Shown piece by piece: positions 12,989-24,891 of a stretch of DNA of 64,000 bases. Each line of letters starts with the position of its first letter. The stretch's first letter is position 1. The stretch comes from Eutreptiella sp. 'Long Island Sound 2002' (lineage: Eukaryota > Protista > Euglenida). The position numbers were made by a program, and so were the translations under genes. The notes beneath the pieces are model-generated. The model did no database searches. It was not told the origin of the DNA and saw only the letters and a program-made list of their open reading frames with translations. Location: contig OZ038378.1 of NCBI GenBank assembly GCA_964036045.1, positions 175,336,001-175,400,000 of the forward strand, in the 5' to 3' direction.

Positions 12989-13670
12989 ACTAGGGCTAGC
13001 ATGAACCAATATCAACTTCAAGTTTGTTCGGTTCGGTACTTCAGATTGAGTTACATATAATTCACCCCAGGTTGTAACATGGCCAACTTTGACTTCACCG
13101 TACACCTGTGTCAGTGATACATGTGACACATGTTCACTCACTGATGTGAATGCTTGAATCAATGCATTTTATGGAATTAAGACTAAAATCAATGAGTGGA
13201 ATCGATATGGCACAATTCCAATACCTATCCCTACAACCACCTCACACTGTTATCGGTTACACTGTACGTACATGAATTCTTGTTGAGCAAGTCTTCTTCC
13301 CTTGCATTGTTGCATTGTGTGTGTGTGTTTGTGTGTGTTTGTGAAAGTGTATGGGAGTGTACGAGACAACCGGTTTCAGTAGTGATGCATCTATTTGTTT
13401 GCTATCAGTGCTTGAAGGTTTTAGAATATAGTCTGTTGAGACTCGACTCATGCTTACATTGCTGCATTGTGTGCGCTGGGACTAGCTGCTTGTACTCCTA
13501 GAAACATGTTTGTCGTGCTATCTCTGCAACGCCAATATCCTACCAATGGGTTTGTGCCTTATGGCATGGGTAAGTGCATGTACTTCCTTACATGTGGACG
13601 TGCGTGGTAACAGGCGACATACGGCGAGTGTAATACTATGTACTTTCTTACATGTGTGCAGTGACAAGCT

Positions 13671-14610
13671 ATATTCCTTTGGCTACCAGACCGGACGGAG
13701 GACCGGTCTGGTCTTGTGGGGAAAATTATCACTTTCTGGCAAAGGATTGGACCAAGGGTTTTTGAACGTGGCGGAAATGATGGTTTTGGTGGTTTTCTTA
13801 GACTCAACAGTATTTTAGAGAAAAACAGTAAGACCAGTTTCAGAGACCGGTGGGACCGGTCTTTGCAAACCGAACGGACCGGACCACTTCGGTACACTTT
13901 GGATCACTTTGTTACACTTGGATGCACCGATGGACCGGTTTGTACAAACTGTCGTAAACCGTTCGGACCGGTCCACTTTAGCACACTTCATACGAAGACC
14001 GGTCGGACCGGTCCTTGCGAACTGTCGTAAACCGTTCGGACCGCTTCACTTTAGCACACTTTAGCACACTTTATTCAATTCGTTTTAAAGTGTGCTAAAG
14101 TGTGCTAAAGTGTGCTAAAGTGGACCGGTCCGAACGGTTTACGACAGTTTGCAACGACCGGTCCGACCGGTCTTCGTGTGAAGTGTGCTAAAGTGGACCG
14201 GTCCGAACGGTTTACGACAGTTTGCAAAGACCGGTCCGACCGGTCCCTGAACGAAGTGTCACGAAGTGTACCGGTCCGTTCGGTTGAAACCACCAAAGGT
14301 GTGAACACGCACAACACAGCACACGCACACACACAACACACACATGCGGACACACACACTACACACGCATCACCAAGTGCTCCAAAGTGTGCTAAAGTGT
14401 GCTAAAATGGTCCGGTCCGTTCAGTTTGCAAAGACCGGTCGGACCGGTCCGACCGGTCCCCCCGAACTAACCGGTTCGCTACAGAAAGCTAAAGTGGCGC
14501 GAAACGGTCTCAACTGAACAGTTGGTGATTTTGCCTAGTCGAAACGGTGAGTTAACGAAGACCGGTGGACCGGTTGTGAAAATATTCGCGTATGGTAGCC
14601 AAAGGAATAT
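13671..14610. mobile_element. Palindromic (foldback/MITE-like) non-autonomous element with 18-bp perfect terminal inverted repeats
   Basis: ATATTCCTTTGGCTACCA (13671-13688) is the exact reverse complement of 14593-14610. The interior is a large imperfect palindrome centred near 14080, built from GGACCGGTCC and TTTAGCACAC modules. Confidence 0.6.
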
Positions 14611-16043
14611 GTACACCACACAGAGTGGCCTTATGGGACGCATGAGGTTGATGTATATGGTTGAATGTCGGGCAATTTTACCTTGGTACATCCTGCGCTA
14701 GGTACATTGGCGTCGTGAATTTTTTCGGGTTCACCACACGTGTCATTTGGAGTTAGCTGGTTGAGTAGCACATTCTTTATTGTACAACCAATGCCGTACG
14801 TCTACTCGGGTTGCAAAATAAGGAACGATGGCATTGTTTTCTCACTGCCGCATTACCCTTGTCGCCCTTTGTTGGTTGATGTCTTGTGTCTAACTCACCA
14901 CTTGCCCTGCCATCACCAATGGAGCATGGTCCATCCTCGTCGCCGGAGACCATGGGCCACGTTTTCCCCCAAACAAGCAAACTCGCCATCAAATCTTTGA
15001 AACACAATCCCAATATGCATAATCTCCCCTCCTAGCTCTCTAACGCGCCATCGGGAATGAAACACAAATCCCATTCAAAATGGATGTTGGCGGTGGATGG
15101 GCCTCAACATTCACACCTTGCACCAGCCAAGGTGCAAGCGACAAGCTCTCCTCGCGCAAACTCATGGAGTGGCTTAAGAATGGATCGGAACAACATTGTA
15201 AGTGTTAACGATGAAAGACGACACCCTTGAGCCTAGCAGAGAATCAGGGTGGTTGATGGGAGTCCAATTTTTAAGTACGTTGTGGTCTTCCCCCTTCAGT
15301 GGTGGGTAGCATTTTGTGATGTTGGAAGCATGATCATCTGCGGGGGGTTTTCAACAAGGAATCCCTTGAGAATAAGGATCGGGATTGGTCCGCACCATGT
15401 ACTTGCTTGAACAACATGAAAATTGCAAAAAATTTGAATAAGCCTTGAACAGAAACACTTGACACGTGAGACGATGATGTTCAAGTCGCTCTCTTTGAAG
15501 ACGAATTCATTTGCAAAATCCTAAATTGCTTCGACTAGGGCACAAAGGAAGTGTCGGGCAAATGGGTTGTTGTGGGCTACTCGACCGCGGGCGATTCCGT
15601 AGGTTTTCACTTCCTCCTTTACAACGAGCATTTCCGAGAAGTAACAACGATGGGGATGAACTGGATGAATTGTCATAAAAAAATATGAATGTTTTTGGAC
15701 GTGGGCGGCATAAGAAACGTGGCCCGTTTTCCAGTGTACTTTTGTTTTCTACCAAGCGTTTGCTTTGTATCTTTGGCTCTATTTGTTCCTTTGCATCGCT
15801 TGTGGTGTCTTCAACTGTTTTGTCCCACGAGCAACAAGGATGTAACCAATAAAAAAGAACCTCATGTAAAAAACATGCTCTCAACCCGTGACGACCTTTG
15901 TCAACCCGTGACGTACCCACTGTCTCTCCGCCTAGCCTTCGTTCTCGCTTGTTGGAATGCTCCACGTGATGGGCACGTGACGATTACTCGCGACCATCCA
16001 TTCGTAGCGCCTCCCCTTTGCGACTACGAAGTAGAACCTTGGA

Positions 16044-19000
16044 ATGGCGTCCTTCCGTTTGGCGGTTGAGGACCTAGGTAAACTGGAAAACGGGGACCTA
16101 CAAGACGGAGACCCATATGACAGTTATTGCTTGCTCGTTGATGTGGCCGACCTCTCAAACCGACACTTGGATGCGCTCGGAGTTGACCAAGTGGTCCCGG
16201 TGTTGCACGAAAAGTCGAAAGCGGTGACGCTCGATTTAGGTTGGAACAACCTCCGGGACGATGGTGCCACCTCCCTCGTGGACATCTTAATGGCACCCGA
16301 GTATCATCGCCTACGGACCATCGACCTATGGGCAAATGGTATCGGGGCGCAAGGGGCAAAGTCCATCGCTCGGCTTTTGGAGGTCAATCAGAATTTGACT
16401 AACCTAAACCTTCGGAAGAACAACATTGGGATTGAAGGCGCCTTTGCAATTATCCAAGCCTTGCATGCAACACCGCACAACTCCATGCAGCAGCTAGACC
16501 TCACCATGAACGGCATTGACGGGACCCCAGAGTTGCAAAATGTGTTCTCGAATCCGTTCACGTTGCAAGACCTCACGCCGGCGGGGTTGGGGCACTTGGG
16601 GGAGCTAATGGCGGCACAATTGTGCAAGATCGGTTCAGGTAGCGGAGAGAAATTATTGTCCCAAACCAATGGGACCTCCGAAGACATTTGGACTAGCTAT
16701 GTCGGCAAATCCTTTCGTCTTAATCCAATGGCGTTGACGTGGGGTGGTATGCCGCACCATGAGAGCTGCACATCGTGGGTCTACAAAGGGCAATATTGTA
16801 GCCCGCAAAAATCTGCACCCGAGGACGTCGCCGTGAAGGTCCTCAACCCCAGCGTCGCTGGTGCATGCGACGTCGCCCGCTCGTACGCCGTGCTCAATAC
16901 GCTCACGCGTTTCATTGGGGTTTGTGAGCGTTCCGCTGGCGAGCGGTGCATCGTCACGCAGTGGCAGGGGTACGGAAGTTTGGCCTCTTTGTTCGACACC
17001 CACTCCCTTTTCCATGCCAAGATGGCGAGTGCCCTCGCGCCCCTTCACCGCCGCGTGCGCATTTGCGTTGACGTCGCCAAAGCCCTGCGGAGCCTACACA
17101 AGGATCACCATCTTGTGCACACGGCCTTGAGCCCTCATGCAGTGCTCGTGGACGCTAAACACCGGGCCCACCTGTGCAGCCTGCGCCACGCTGTGGAGCC
17201 CGGCAGCTCCGTGGCCACTGCCACACTGTCCGGCACGGCACGAGCGCTGTACGTGGCCCCGGAAGTGGGTGCAGCGCAGCCATACTGCGTGGCCGCGGAC
17301 GTGTATAGCTTCGGGGTGATCTGTTGTGAGCTGGTTGCCAACACCGCGGCTCCGTCGCTGTTCGCATTCAATTCCTCCAAAGCCATCAGCATCGACTGCC
17401 CCTCAAGCCTCGGAGCTCTACTGGAGCAGTGCATGCACGCAAATCCCACAGAACGCCCGGATATGGATGTATTGTACACTGCCCTCAAGACCTGGCTGAA
17501 GCACCTACTGTCTCCTGGGACGTTCCTGGGTGCCGTGGAATCCGGCGACGTGCCCCCGCGCGAAAAGTCCTTCCTGTCCGATGGCAATTCATTTTGTGAT
17601 GACGCTGAAGGGGTTTCCCAGTGCTACAGCTACAGCGAGTCTGGGGAGGATCTAGCGACACCATGCTCGCGCCACACGACTGACAGCACACCGTGGCATC
17701 TGGCTGCATCAGACGGCCGCAGAGTCATGGCAATGGCACTACCCCTCGGGGGGCACCCATCGTCGCACCGCCGTGGCAGCACCTCGGTCCGCTCCGCCCG
17801 CACGCTGCGAGACTTCTCCGACTATTACCAGCGGGGCAGCGAGACTGAGCGGAGGTTGGCGAGGGAGTTGCGGTCGTTGGAGGCCCGGGTGGATGAGCAG
17901 GCGGAGCAGCTGGCACTTGCTATTGACGTCCTGAGTGGGAGAGAGAGCATGCGAGAGCCGGAGAGCATAGCGCAGATCAAGCACCTCACCGAGTCCATGT
18001 CCGCTGTCATCGAGAAGCTCGGCACATTGGAGGGGAAACTACAGGGGCTGCCAGGGCCCCAGAAAGGCAAGGACCTCAAACCCCCGGGGCGGTGCGATGA
18101 CATCACCTTCCTGGAGCTGGCGGACGACGCGCTAATCCACCGGCATGAGCCGGCCCCGCAGCCAGGGGCCAAGCCCCGGTCACCGGAGGTTAACAGAGCC
18201 GACGGGCTCGAGGCGCTGGTGCGGTCTGTCGTCCAAACAGAGCTTGAGAGGCGGGAAGCAGGAACCTTGGAGAAGCTACAGGCAGCGGAGACCCAGATCC
18301 GGGACAAGGTTCAGCAGCTGTCGGCCCGGCAAAGCCAACTCGAGTCGCAGTTGCAAGCGCTCAGTGCGCACTGCATGTCCGGGGAGCCCATGGGCAAGGG
18401 CAAACTCTGCGAGCTGCAGGATGACCTCACGGCCCTCAGGGACCAGCTGCAGACGTTTGAGCCGATGCAGAGCGACATCCACAGCCTCAACCTCGAAGCC
18501 GATGCGCCTCGCAAGGCCAAGTTTGCAACCAAGGAGAAGCCCCAGGGGCACGTGTCGTGGGAACCGCACAACGGCGAGGACGTGCACATGCGGACGCTCA
18601 TCGACGAATCCGAGCAGATGGTCAACACGACCCGGGTCGCGCTCTCGCACTTGTACGACCAAATGGAATCCATGCGCACGTCCTCCGAGCGATCCCTGTC
18701 CACCTCCAGCCCCGAACTCAAGTCTGACGGCAGCGCCATGTGGGTCCTCAGTAGCCCTTTGTCCCACGCATCCGGGCGCAGCAGCCGGCACTCCTCCTTC
18801 AGCGATCCGCTGCCCGCGCGCCAGCCTGTGTCCCCGGCTGCCATCGCTGGGGCGGCCGTGTTCACTGATAGCCACGGCGGCGACGGGAGCGTTGGCCCCG
18901 CACAGCAGCACTCGAGCCCGGTGCGGACGTGCCACTACTCCCCGCGGTCCGAGACTTCCGCCAGAACCTTCGACCCGGCGGTCAAGCCCAAGCCTTCTCT

Positions 19001-19340
19001 CAAAAAGCAGGCCTCGCTGCCCGTGAGCCGCAGGCACACCCGGAGCAACGGCTCCCACCGCACCCCGAAGAACGGCACCGGCAAGCCCACCAGCCCCTTA
19101 ATTGCCGCGGCTGCTACTCCCCTCTCCGACCAGTCCGTGGATGGAGCGCCTCAACTTGGAGCCCGGCGCTCCTCCCTGAAGAGCAAGCCCGTACGATCCA
19201 GCCCCGTTCCTGGCGGCGAGGCATACGCCGTGGGGCAGCGCAAAGGATCGTTAGGAAAGACCCCTGCGCCGCGACATGAACACGAGGTCAACAAGCGCCG
19301 CTCATTCTCCACGACCCTGGTCCGCAACTCCCCAGGATGA
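16044..19340 (+). CDS. LRR (RNase-inhibitor-like) + TKL-type pseudokinase + coiled-coil + disordered Ser/Pro/Arg tail protein, 1098 aa, intronless
   Basis: Four LxLxxNxI repeats (LDLGWNNLRDDGA, IDLWANGIGAQGA, LNLRKNNIGIEGA, LDLTMNGID). Kinase motifs VAVK, YVAPE, DVYSFG and RPDM are present, but HRD reads HTA and DFG reads SLR. Confidence 0.85.
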   Translation: MASFRLAVEDLGKLENGDLQDGDPYDSYCLLVDVADLSNRHLDALGVDQVVPVLHEKSKAVTLDLGWNNLRDDGATSLVDILMAPEYHRLRTIDLWANGIGAQGAKSIARLLEVNQNLTNLNLRKNNIGIEGAFAIIQALHATPHNSMQQLDLTMNGIDGTPELQNVFSNPFTLQDLTPAGLGHLGELMAAQLCKIGSGSGEKLLSQTNGTSEDIWTSYVGKSFRLNPMALTWGGMPHHESCTSWVYKGQYCSPQKSAPEDVAVKVLNPSVAGACDVARSYAVLNTLTRFIGVCERSAGERCIVTQWQGYGSLASLFDTHSLFHAKMASALAPLHRRVRICVDVAKALRSLHKDHHLVHTALSPHAVLVDAKHRAHLCSLRHAVEPGSSVATATLSGTARALYVAPEVGAAQPYCVAADVYSFGVICCELVANTAAPSLFAFNSSKAISIDCPSSLGALLEQCMHANPTERPDMDVLYTALKTWLKHLLSPGTFLGAVESGDVPPREKSFLSDGNSFCDDAEGVSQCYSYSESGEDLATPCSRHTTDSTPWHLAASDGRRVMAMALPLGGHPSSHRRGSTSVRSARTLRDFSDYYQRGSETERRLARELRSLEARVDEQAEQLALAIDVLSGRESMREPESIAQIKHLTESMSAVIEKLGTLEGKLQGLPGPQKGKDLKPPGRCDDITFLELADDALIHRHEPAPQPGAKPRSPEVNRADGLEALVRSVVQTELERREAGTLEKLQAAETQIRDKVQQLSARQSQLESQLQALSAHCMSGEPMGKGKLCELQDDLTALRDQLQTFEPMQSDIHSLNLEADAPRKAKFATKEKPQGHVSWEPHNGEDVHMRTLIDESEQMVNTTRVALSHLYDQMESMRTSSERSLSTSSPELKSDGSAMWVLSSPLSHASGRSSRHSSFSDPLPARQPVSPAAIAGAAVFTDSHGGDGSVGPAQQHSSPVRTCHYSPRSETSARTFDPAVKPKPSLKKQASLPVSRRHTRSNGSHRTPKNGTGKPTSPLIAAAATPLSDQSVDGAPQLGARRSSLKSKPVRSSPVPGGEAYAVGQRKGSLGKTPAPRHEHEVNKRRSFSTTLVRNSPG

Positions 19341-20227
19341 CGCCACATGTTCGATGGCTTGGCGTGGGACTTCGGAGTGTCAAAGGGTCGCATCGATGTC
19401 GAGATCGGCGGAGGCCTGTAACAATACTTTCTTTTTCGAAATGTAAGACACGTCATGCAATCATAGAGAACATCCCAAACTACAGGATAGAGCCTTCCAC
19501 ATGCCATCCGTGCGTTTTTTCGTCTTCCTAATCCGATACAGGGTGGGTGGGGGCTGGAGAGAACCTGCACTCCAATAACTGATGCTAACCCGAACCCAAA
19601 GCACCACAGAACGGGGCCTGCGGCCTGCGGCTCCGCTGCTGCTGCGTGGGCATGTGCTCTGCTTCCACCTCCAGGCCGCTACGTTCTGTAGTTGGTAAGG
19701 AATGTTGTGTACACACCGCCATCCCTATAAGGCCTGTCCATCGTGTCGTTTGCAATTTTCTCCTCCAAAATCGCCCGCGAAGGAAGAGGAGGGAGGAACA
19801 TCAAACTCAGTGATTCCGGAACAGTGATGAGGAACGTAGTTGTCCCACCACATCAGCAACAGATTTGGTGCCAGAAAAAAAGTGTGACCTCCTCCTCTTC
19901 CTCCTCCTCCTCCTCTTGACCCGTTTTGGGGGTGCATCATGCTTCATATTCTCTGTCTCTTCACTCTCACACCCTCTTCTCATACGCATTATGGGATTTC
20001 ACAGCAGACGAGCATGACTACCTCAAGTTGGAGTATTACCAAAATGTGGTGAAGGTGGTGAACTGGCGGTCCCGCCAGAATTCATCTCCTTCACATTACT
20101 GTGCTCTGACTCTCCACCGGCATCACTTTGGAGAAGTGTTGGTAGACTGCCATGTGCCCTGTCTGAAACACTTTCCAGTTTTGTACTTCCACAGGCCACG
20201 TTGGGGGACAGGGTCCGGCTGTTGGTA

Positions 20228-20666
20228 CAGGGGGGGGTGTGCGAGCCATGGAAAACACATGTGACATCAATGTGAGATTCGTGCTAAACTCTTGCGAAAT
20301 TTTGGGCAAAACATGTGGGGAAACTTCGTTTTTCAGCTTGGCGTCGCAATTTTCCCCACGAGATTTTTTTTGCGCAATTTGGGGCTCTAGCTGCTGTTTG
20401 TGCATCCTCAGTGTCCATCCATTTTGCGGGACGATGAAAATGCTGCCCTGGTACAGAGTTTTTTATCAATTCGTCAGGAGGAGGGCCCAATGGATAAAGA
20501 CTCAATTTCACGGGCCAAAGTTTCACACAACTGTTTGTCCACAATGAACCAAGGGTTGGGGGTGTCGAAGTTTCCCGTGTCTGATGGCCCTGCACCAAAA
20601 TTGGAGGTGTGTCGAAAATTTCTCCCTACGAATTTTCCCCGCCGAAATTGTCCCCCCCCCTCCCTG
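20228..20666. mobile_element. Putative Tc1/mariner(pogo)-type MITE
   Basis: Ends CAGGGGGGGG... and ...CCCCCCCTCCCTG are inverted; flanked by TA at 20226-20227 and 20667-20668; non-coding interior with repeated CGAAATT/AATTTTCCCC motifs. The TIR is mostly poly-G, hence moderate confidence. Confidence 0.45.
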
Positions 20667-23536
20667 TACATCCCAGTGCTGCACCTTCTTACTGATCAAC
20701 TGTGCTTTATTTGGCATTTGTGCCCGATGTCAGATGGGAGTGATGTGCCTCATTGTTTCATTCATTCCAATTCTATGGAGAATCGATGCATGTACAGCAA
20801 CTGGTGCATCAGAGGGGCATCAGGGGTATCGCCATGCACATCTGCTGATGCGCATCATGTGGTCATTTCAGAAGCCTTCAGCTCCAGGGCAGGCCATTGG
20901 CTGAGTGTGGGTTCCCACCCTACCCATGGGGAGGGGATGTGGGGGGTGAGACCACAAAATCTGCAAATCTTTTCCTCTTACAATGATCTGATTTTGTTTG
21001 ATTTTGGCATGGTCTGTTATTTGGCTATTCCTTGACAATGAATGGACCTGCTGTTTAACGTTATGCAGTGTGCACTAGTGATGTAGAGTCCGGTAAATTT
21101 TGCCGAGTAATTAAATTGGGGCAGGGCAACAGTGGCACAAGCGGTCGTACTTCGCTTCTCGATGCTGGTTTGTGCGTACGGCCCGCATCAAAAAAGGGGG
21201 TGCGAGGTTGTGTGCACTACACGCAGTGTGCGCACAGTGTACCTTGAAGGCACTAGGGGCAATCTCGTATCCACCACCTGTCCAAGAGATGCCCTTGTCC
21301 GCTGCACAGCAGGTCCCAACCATATCAATTTGGGGCCGAATTTCGAATCGGCAAGTTGCCCAGTGCATGCCATAGCTCACTGTTCCCCCAATGCAGCACC
21401 CTGGAAGCCCTGCTGTTGCACGAGGAACATTTTTTTTGTCTGGCATTGCCATGCTTACTGTGTACACAAATCCAGTCTACACCACACACAAGTGTATGAG
21501 ACTGCTTTGTCCAAGGTACAGTACGTGTCTGGACCCCATTGATTTGGGACCTAGGCGTCACCTGGATGGGGGAGCTGGCTCAGCAGCAGTAGCACAACTC
21601 TTCTTAACAAGGGTTGGCCCGGGGGGGGTTACAAAATATAGCAAAGTGCCAACAACACCAGCAGAGCTGCTATGCGCTGCAAATGCAGGAAAAACCACTT
21701 TCATGCCCCGCAGTCTGAACCCTCACAATACAGTGAAGTGGGATGGACAGGGATGCGTAAGGAATCTATTTCGGAAACAATAAGGTTGTTTTTCATGCAT
21801 CGTTAGCTCTACGTGGCTGGCACACCCACTGGCTCCGGGCTCCCCCCCGCAATCTCTCACATCCAGATTTAGATTTTCACAACTCTCTCTCTCTCCGCTG
21901 TCCTGACTTTGCACTGATCTGAACTAATGTTGGATGGAATTATCTGCATGAACTGCCTGGGGCACATATCTGCCACGTTATGGAGGCAATCAGCCTAAAC
22001 AGTGCTGCCCTGTACATGCCAGGGACACCTGGCGCGGCTGGTGCAATACACACAACTTTCCTTACGCAGGTAAATGCATTCTGCAAAGCCCCTCGGTGTT
22101 TGTTTGTTTGTAAATTTTTCTCGGACTGTCCGCAAGTGAACTGGAATTAGAGCGAGATGGCTCTCTGAACAGTTGCCCCCCATGCACCACATCCATGTCA
22201 TACGCATGAACAATGCAGGAGCCCACGACCGCCTCCGCATGTCCATTTGTAGCCGGATTGTCCCATGTTTTATTCGTATCGTCCTGGCAATGGTTGAGGG
22301 TAAGGGAAGTAAAGTACAAGTGTCTTGAGATCTGCCACGGGGTGTGACGGGGCGACAGCGACGCCGTGCATGTGCAGTATGTACACGCGCAGAAAAAATG
22401 CATTTGTGCTGGTAAACGGTTGAGTGCTCTGGTGGCGCTGATGAGGAAAACCATTTGTGGTGCATGGCAGCTCAAAACCAAGCACTCCGGCGCTATTTGG
22501 AGCACTGGTTCCTGTCCAACCCCCAATCCCCCAGGCACACAGAACAGCAACACTGACAAATTGAAACGATGCAGTCAATGCCAACAAGCCATCCAACCCT
22601 TAGACGTGGTGACACTGAACCTGGCCGGTTATGTGCCGGTCATGGAAAATTGTGCGCCGGTCACGTGCCGGTCGGACCCATTTAGGGAGGCCTTCGGGGA
22701 TGCCAATGAACCCCACCCCCGCCCCAATGTTGTATGCCTTGCTTCATGTGTCCCCATCCAGACATGTCAGGAAATATGCACGTTTTTTTGACAAAGTGAG
22801 AGCACGATTGGACCCCTTTTGACAGCAGTCCATTTTGGAAAGGGCTGCGCCGGTCGTACGCCGGTTGCCAGAAAGCTCACGCCGATCATGCCGGTTTGGC
22901 CGGCGCCGTTTGGATTGCTGACAGGAACAGTGGCAGTGCACCAGCTGTGCAAAAGCAGTTGGCAAGCACCTGCATGTCACCACTTTGACCACCTTAAAGC
23001 ATCCGTCACAAGGGCCGCTGCTTTCCATGCCTGGCGTTTCCTTCCCGCCTTCTTATACTTTCGTTGATGGGCGGCCGTTTTTTTCCGCAGAATGCAATTT
23101 AAGCATGAGCTTGGAGGGCACCCATTGAGGTGAGCTTGGGCTCAAGCTATATTGAAAGTGTTGCAGAAGATCACATCGCAAAAAGCAATTACGTCTTATG
23201 TGATAAGCCGTCTCAGGCATCGTCAGTTTTAGCAAAATCACACAAAGGTAACTTAGGAAGTGACCCGCGGTTCCCCGTGCCCCTTTCGGAAACAAGAGAT
23301 CATGGATTTACTTGGACGAAATTCAAACCTGACTGCAGAGAACGCAATGGCTGGGAAGCCAGAACCACAATTTTTATCCTTTAGTCTTCCAGTTTGCAGT
23401 TTATGTACGACTGGATGTGGACCACATGTGCGATTTGTACAGTGTCACGAAGACCCAGAGCCTATTTCAATTGCAGTGGATGTGGCATCCGATTGCAATC
23501 GAAAATCCATTGAGTGCGTTCTTGCGAGCGTGCGAG

Positions 23537-23538
<2 letters not shown>

Positions 23539-23591
<53 letters not shown>
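23539..23591. repeat. (GA)n microsatellite
   Basis: Direct reading of the sequence. Confidence 0.9.
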
Positions 23592-23595
<4 letters not shown>

Positions 23596-24600
23596 AAATA
23601 TCCTACTGAGGAGATCTCGATGGCAGTCCAGATGCTGAGCGCTTATGATTTTTTTGACAGTCCAGGGCTGACTTTTAAGAATGAGAAGTTTCTTTTTTCC
23701 CCCCTAATTCTTAAGGACAGCCTAATCCTTTTTATGCAGCAGCATTGCCGGTTTCCGACGTTGCTTGGTGGTGGTTGATGCGCAATCGACGCCGGTTGGC
23801 CCATCACCACCAGCAGTTCCTGGTCGACCTGTTGAGGTCTGGCAAACCAACAACCCAGCAGCCGGTGCAGTTCGGGTGCAATTTTGTGGGTTCGAGTGCC
23901 TCGTCTCACTGTTTACGGCCTCTTGTTTCCACGTGCAGCCTTCCCGCTACACCCCTTCTGCACCTGCGGCCCCTATCCTACATGGGCCTACATGCAGCCC
24001 ATGACACAGTGTTGCGTGGTAACGCACCCTAGGCCGGAGAAACAAAAAGAAGGTGCCTTGTCCAACGAAACGAGGTGTTGTCCGCAATTTGCTTCGATTT
24101 TGTTGCTTGCTTTTGACTATACAGGTGTCCACTGCGGTGGACGGTCTCACCCGCAACTCGTCGTCATAGAACATGGGCTTTTGCCTATGCACGCCAGTCA
24201 AGCAGGCCATGGGGCAGATTTGACGCCCATCTGGCGCCGAACCAAAAACAATCTTTCGATCATCGGGTCTAACGTTGGTTCGTCTATTAGTCCGATTGTT
24301 GTTTTTCATTTGTTGGTGCAGATTTTCTTTGGGCTCTCAAGCGTGACTAGACGCTTGCTCTGCATGCAGGTTTGGCCTTCAATGGCATCTTGTGATGGTC
24401 GTTATACATCTGCTCAGGAATGCAAGGGAGGTGTAAATGCCTTCCACAGACCGGCCATGGACATCATTTTGGTCCATGGCTTTGCCATGAACCTGCTCAT
24501 CCTCTGGAGGGTGTCCTGTGACTAGCGCTTCTAACCCCCGCCTTCCAAAAAAGGACGAGGTTCTGTCCGCAATTTTGGGTCCTATTACTGCTGTTTGTAG

Positions 24601-24690
24601 CGGGGGCGCACTTAGCGCAGTGCGCACGCAGTGCAACTATTTGGGTGTCTGGCCGTACTAGAGACCCATACTTTGAGATACTAGGGGCAT
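24601..24690. repeat. Dispersed repeat family (GGGGCGCACTTAGCGCAGTGC...GTGCAACTATTTGGGTGT...GGCCGTACTAGAGACC)
   Basis: Second copy at about 26940-27040; inverted partial matches (CAAATAGTTGCAC) at about 45442 and 56858. A companion motif GCGCAGTGCAAGGGCTCCCCCT occurs at about 25277 and 27655, with a partial copy near 57890. Confidence 0.7.
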
Positions 24691-24716
24691 AATTGTTGCC
24701 TCTAGCGTACATTTTG

Positions 24717-24891
24717 ACTCTCAATCCACGCTTTGTTGCGTGGCCCCTTGAGTTGGGGTTAGGGACTCTCAATCCACGCTTTGTTGCGTGGCCCCTTGAG
24801 TTGGGGTTAGGGACTCACAACCCACGCTTTGTTGCGTGGCCCCTTGAGTTGGGGTTAGGGACTCGCAATGCACGCTTTGTTGCGTGGCCCC
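24717..24891. repeat. 48-bp tandem repeat, about 3.6 units, each with an internal hairpin and one TTAGGG
   Basis: Unit ACTCTCAATCCACGCTTTGTTGCGTGGCCCCTTGAGTTGGGGTTAGGG at 24717, 24765, 24813 and partially at 24861; no spacers. Confidence 0.9.

Noticed and set aside
15296-15520. IFCNFHVVQA resembling the MULE transposase CxFHxxQA motif
   Set aside because: A single short motif with no supporting DDE context or TIRs.
24717-24891. CRISPR-like array or interstitial telomere
   Set aside because: The units are contiguous with no unique spacers, there are no cas genes, the context is eukaryotic, and each unit has only one TTAGGG.
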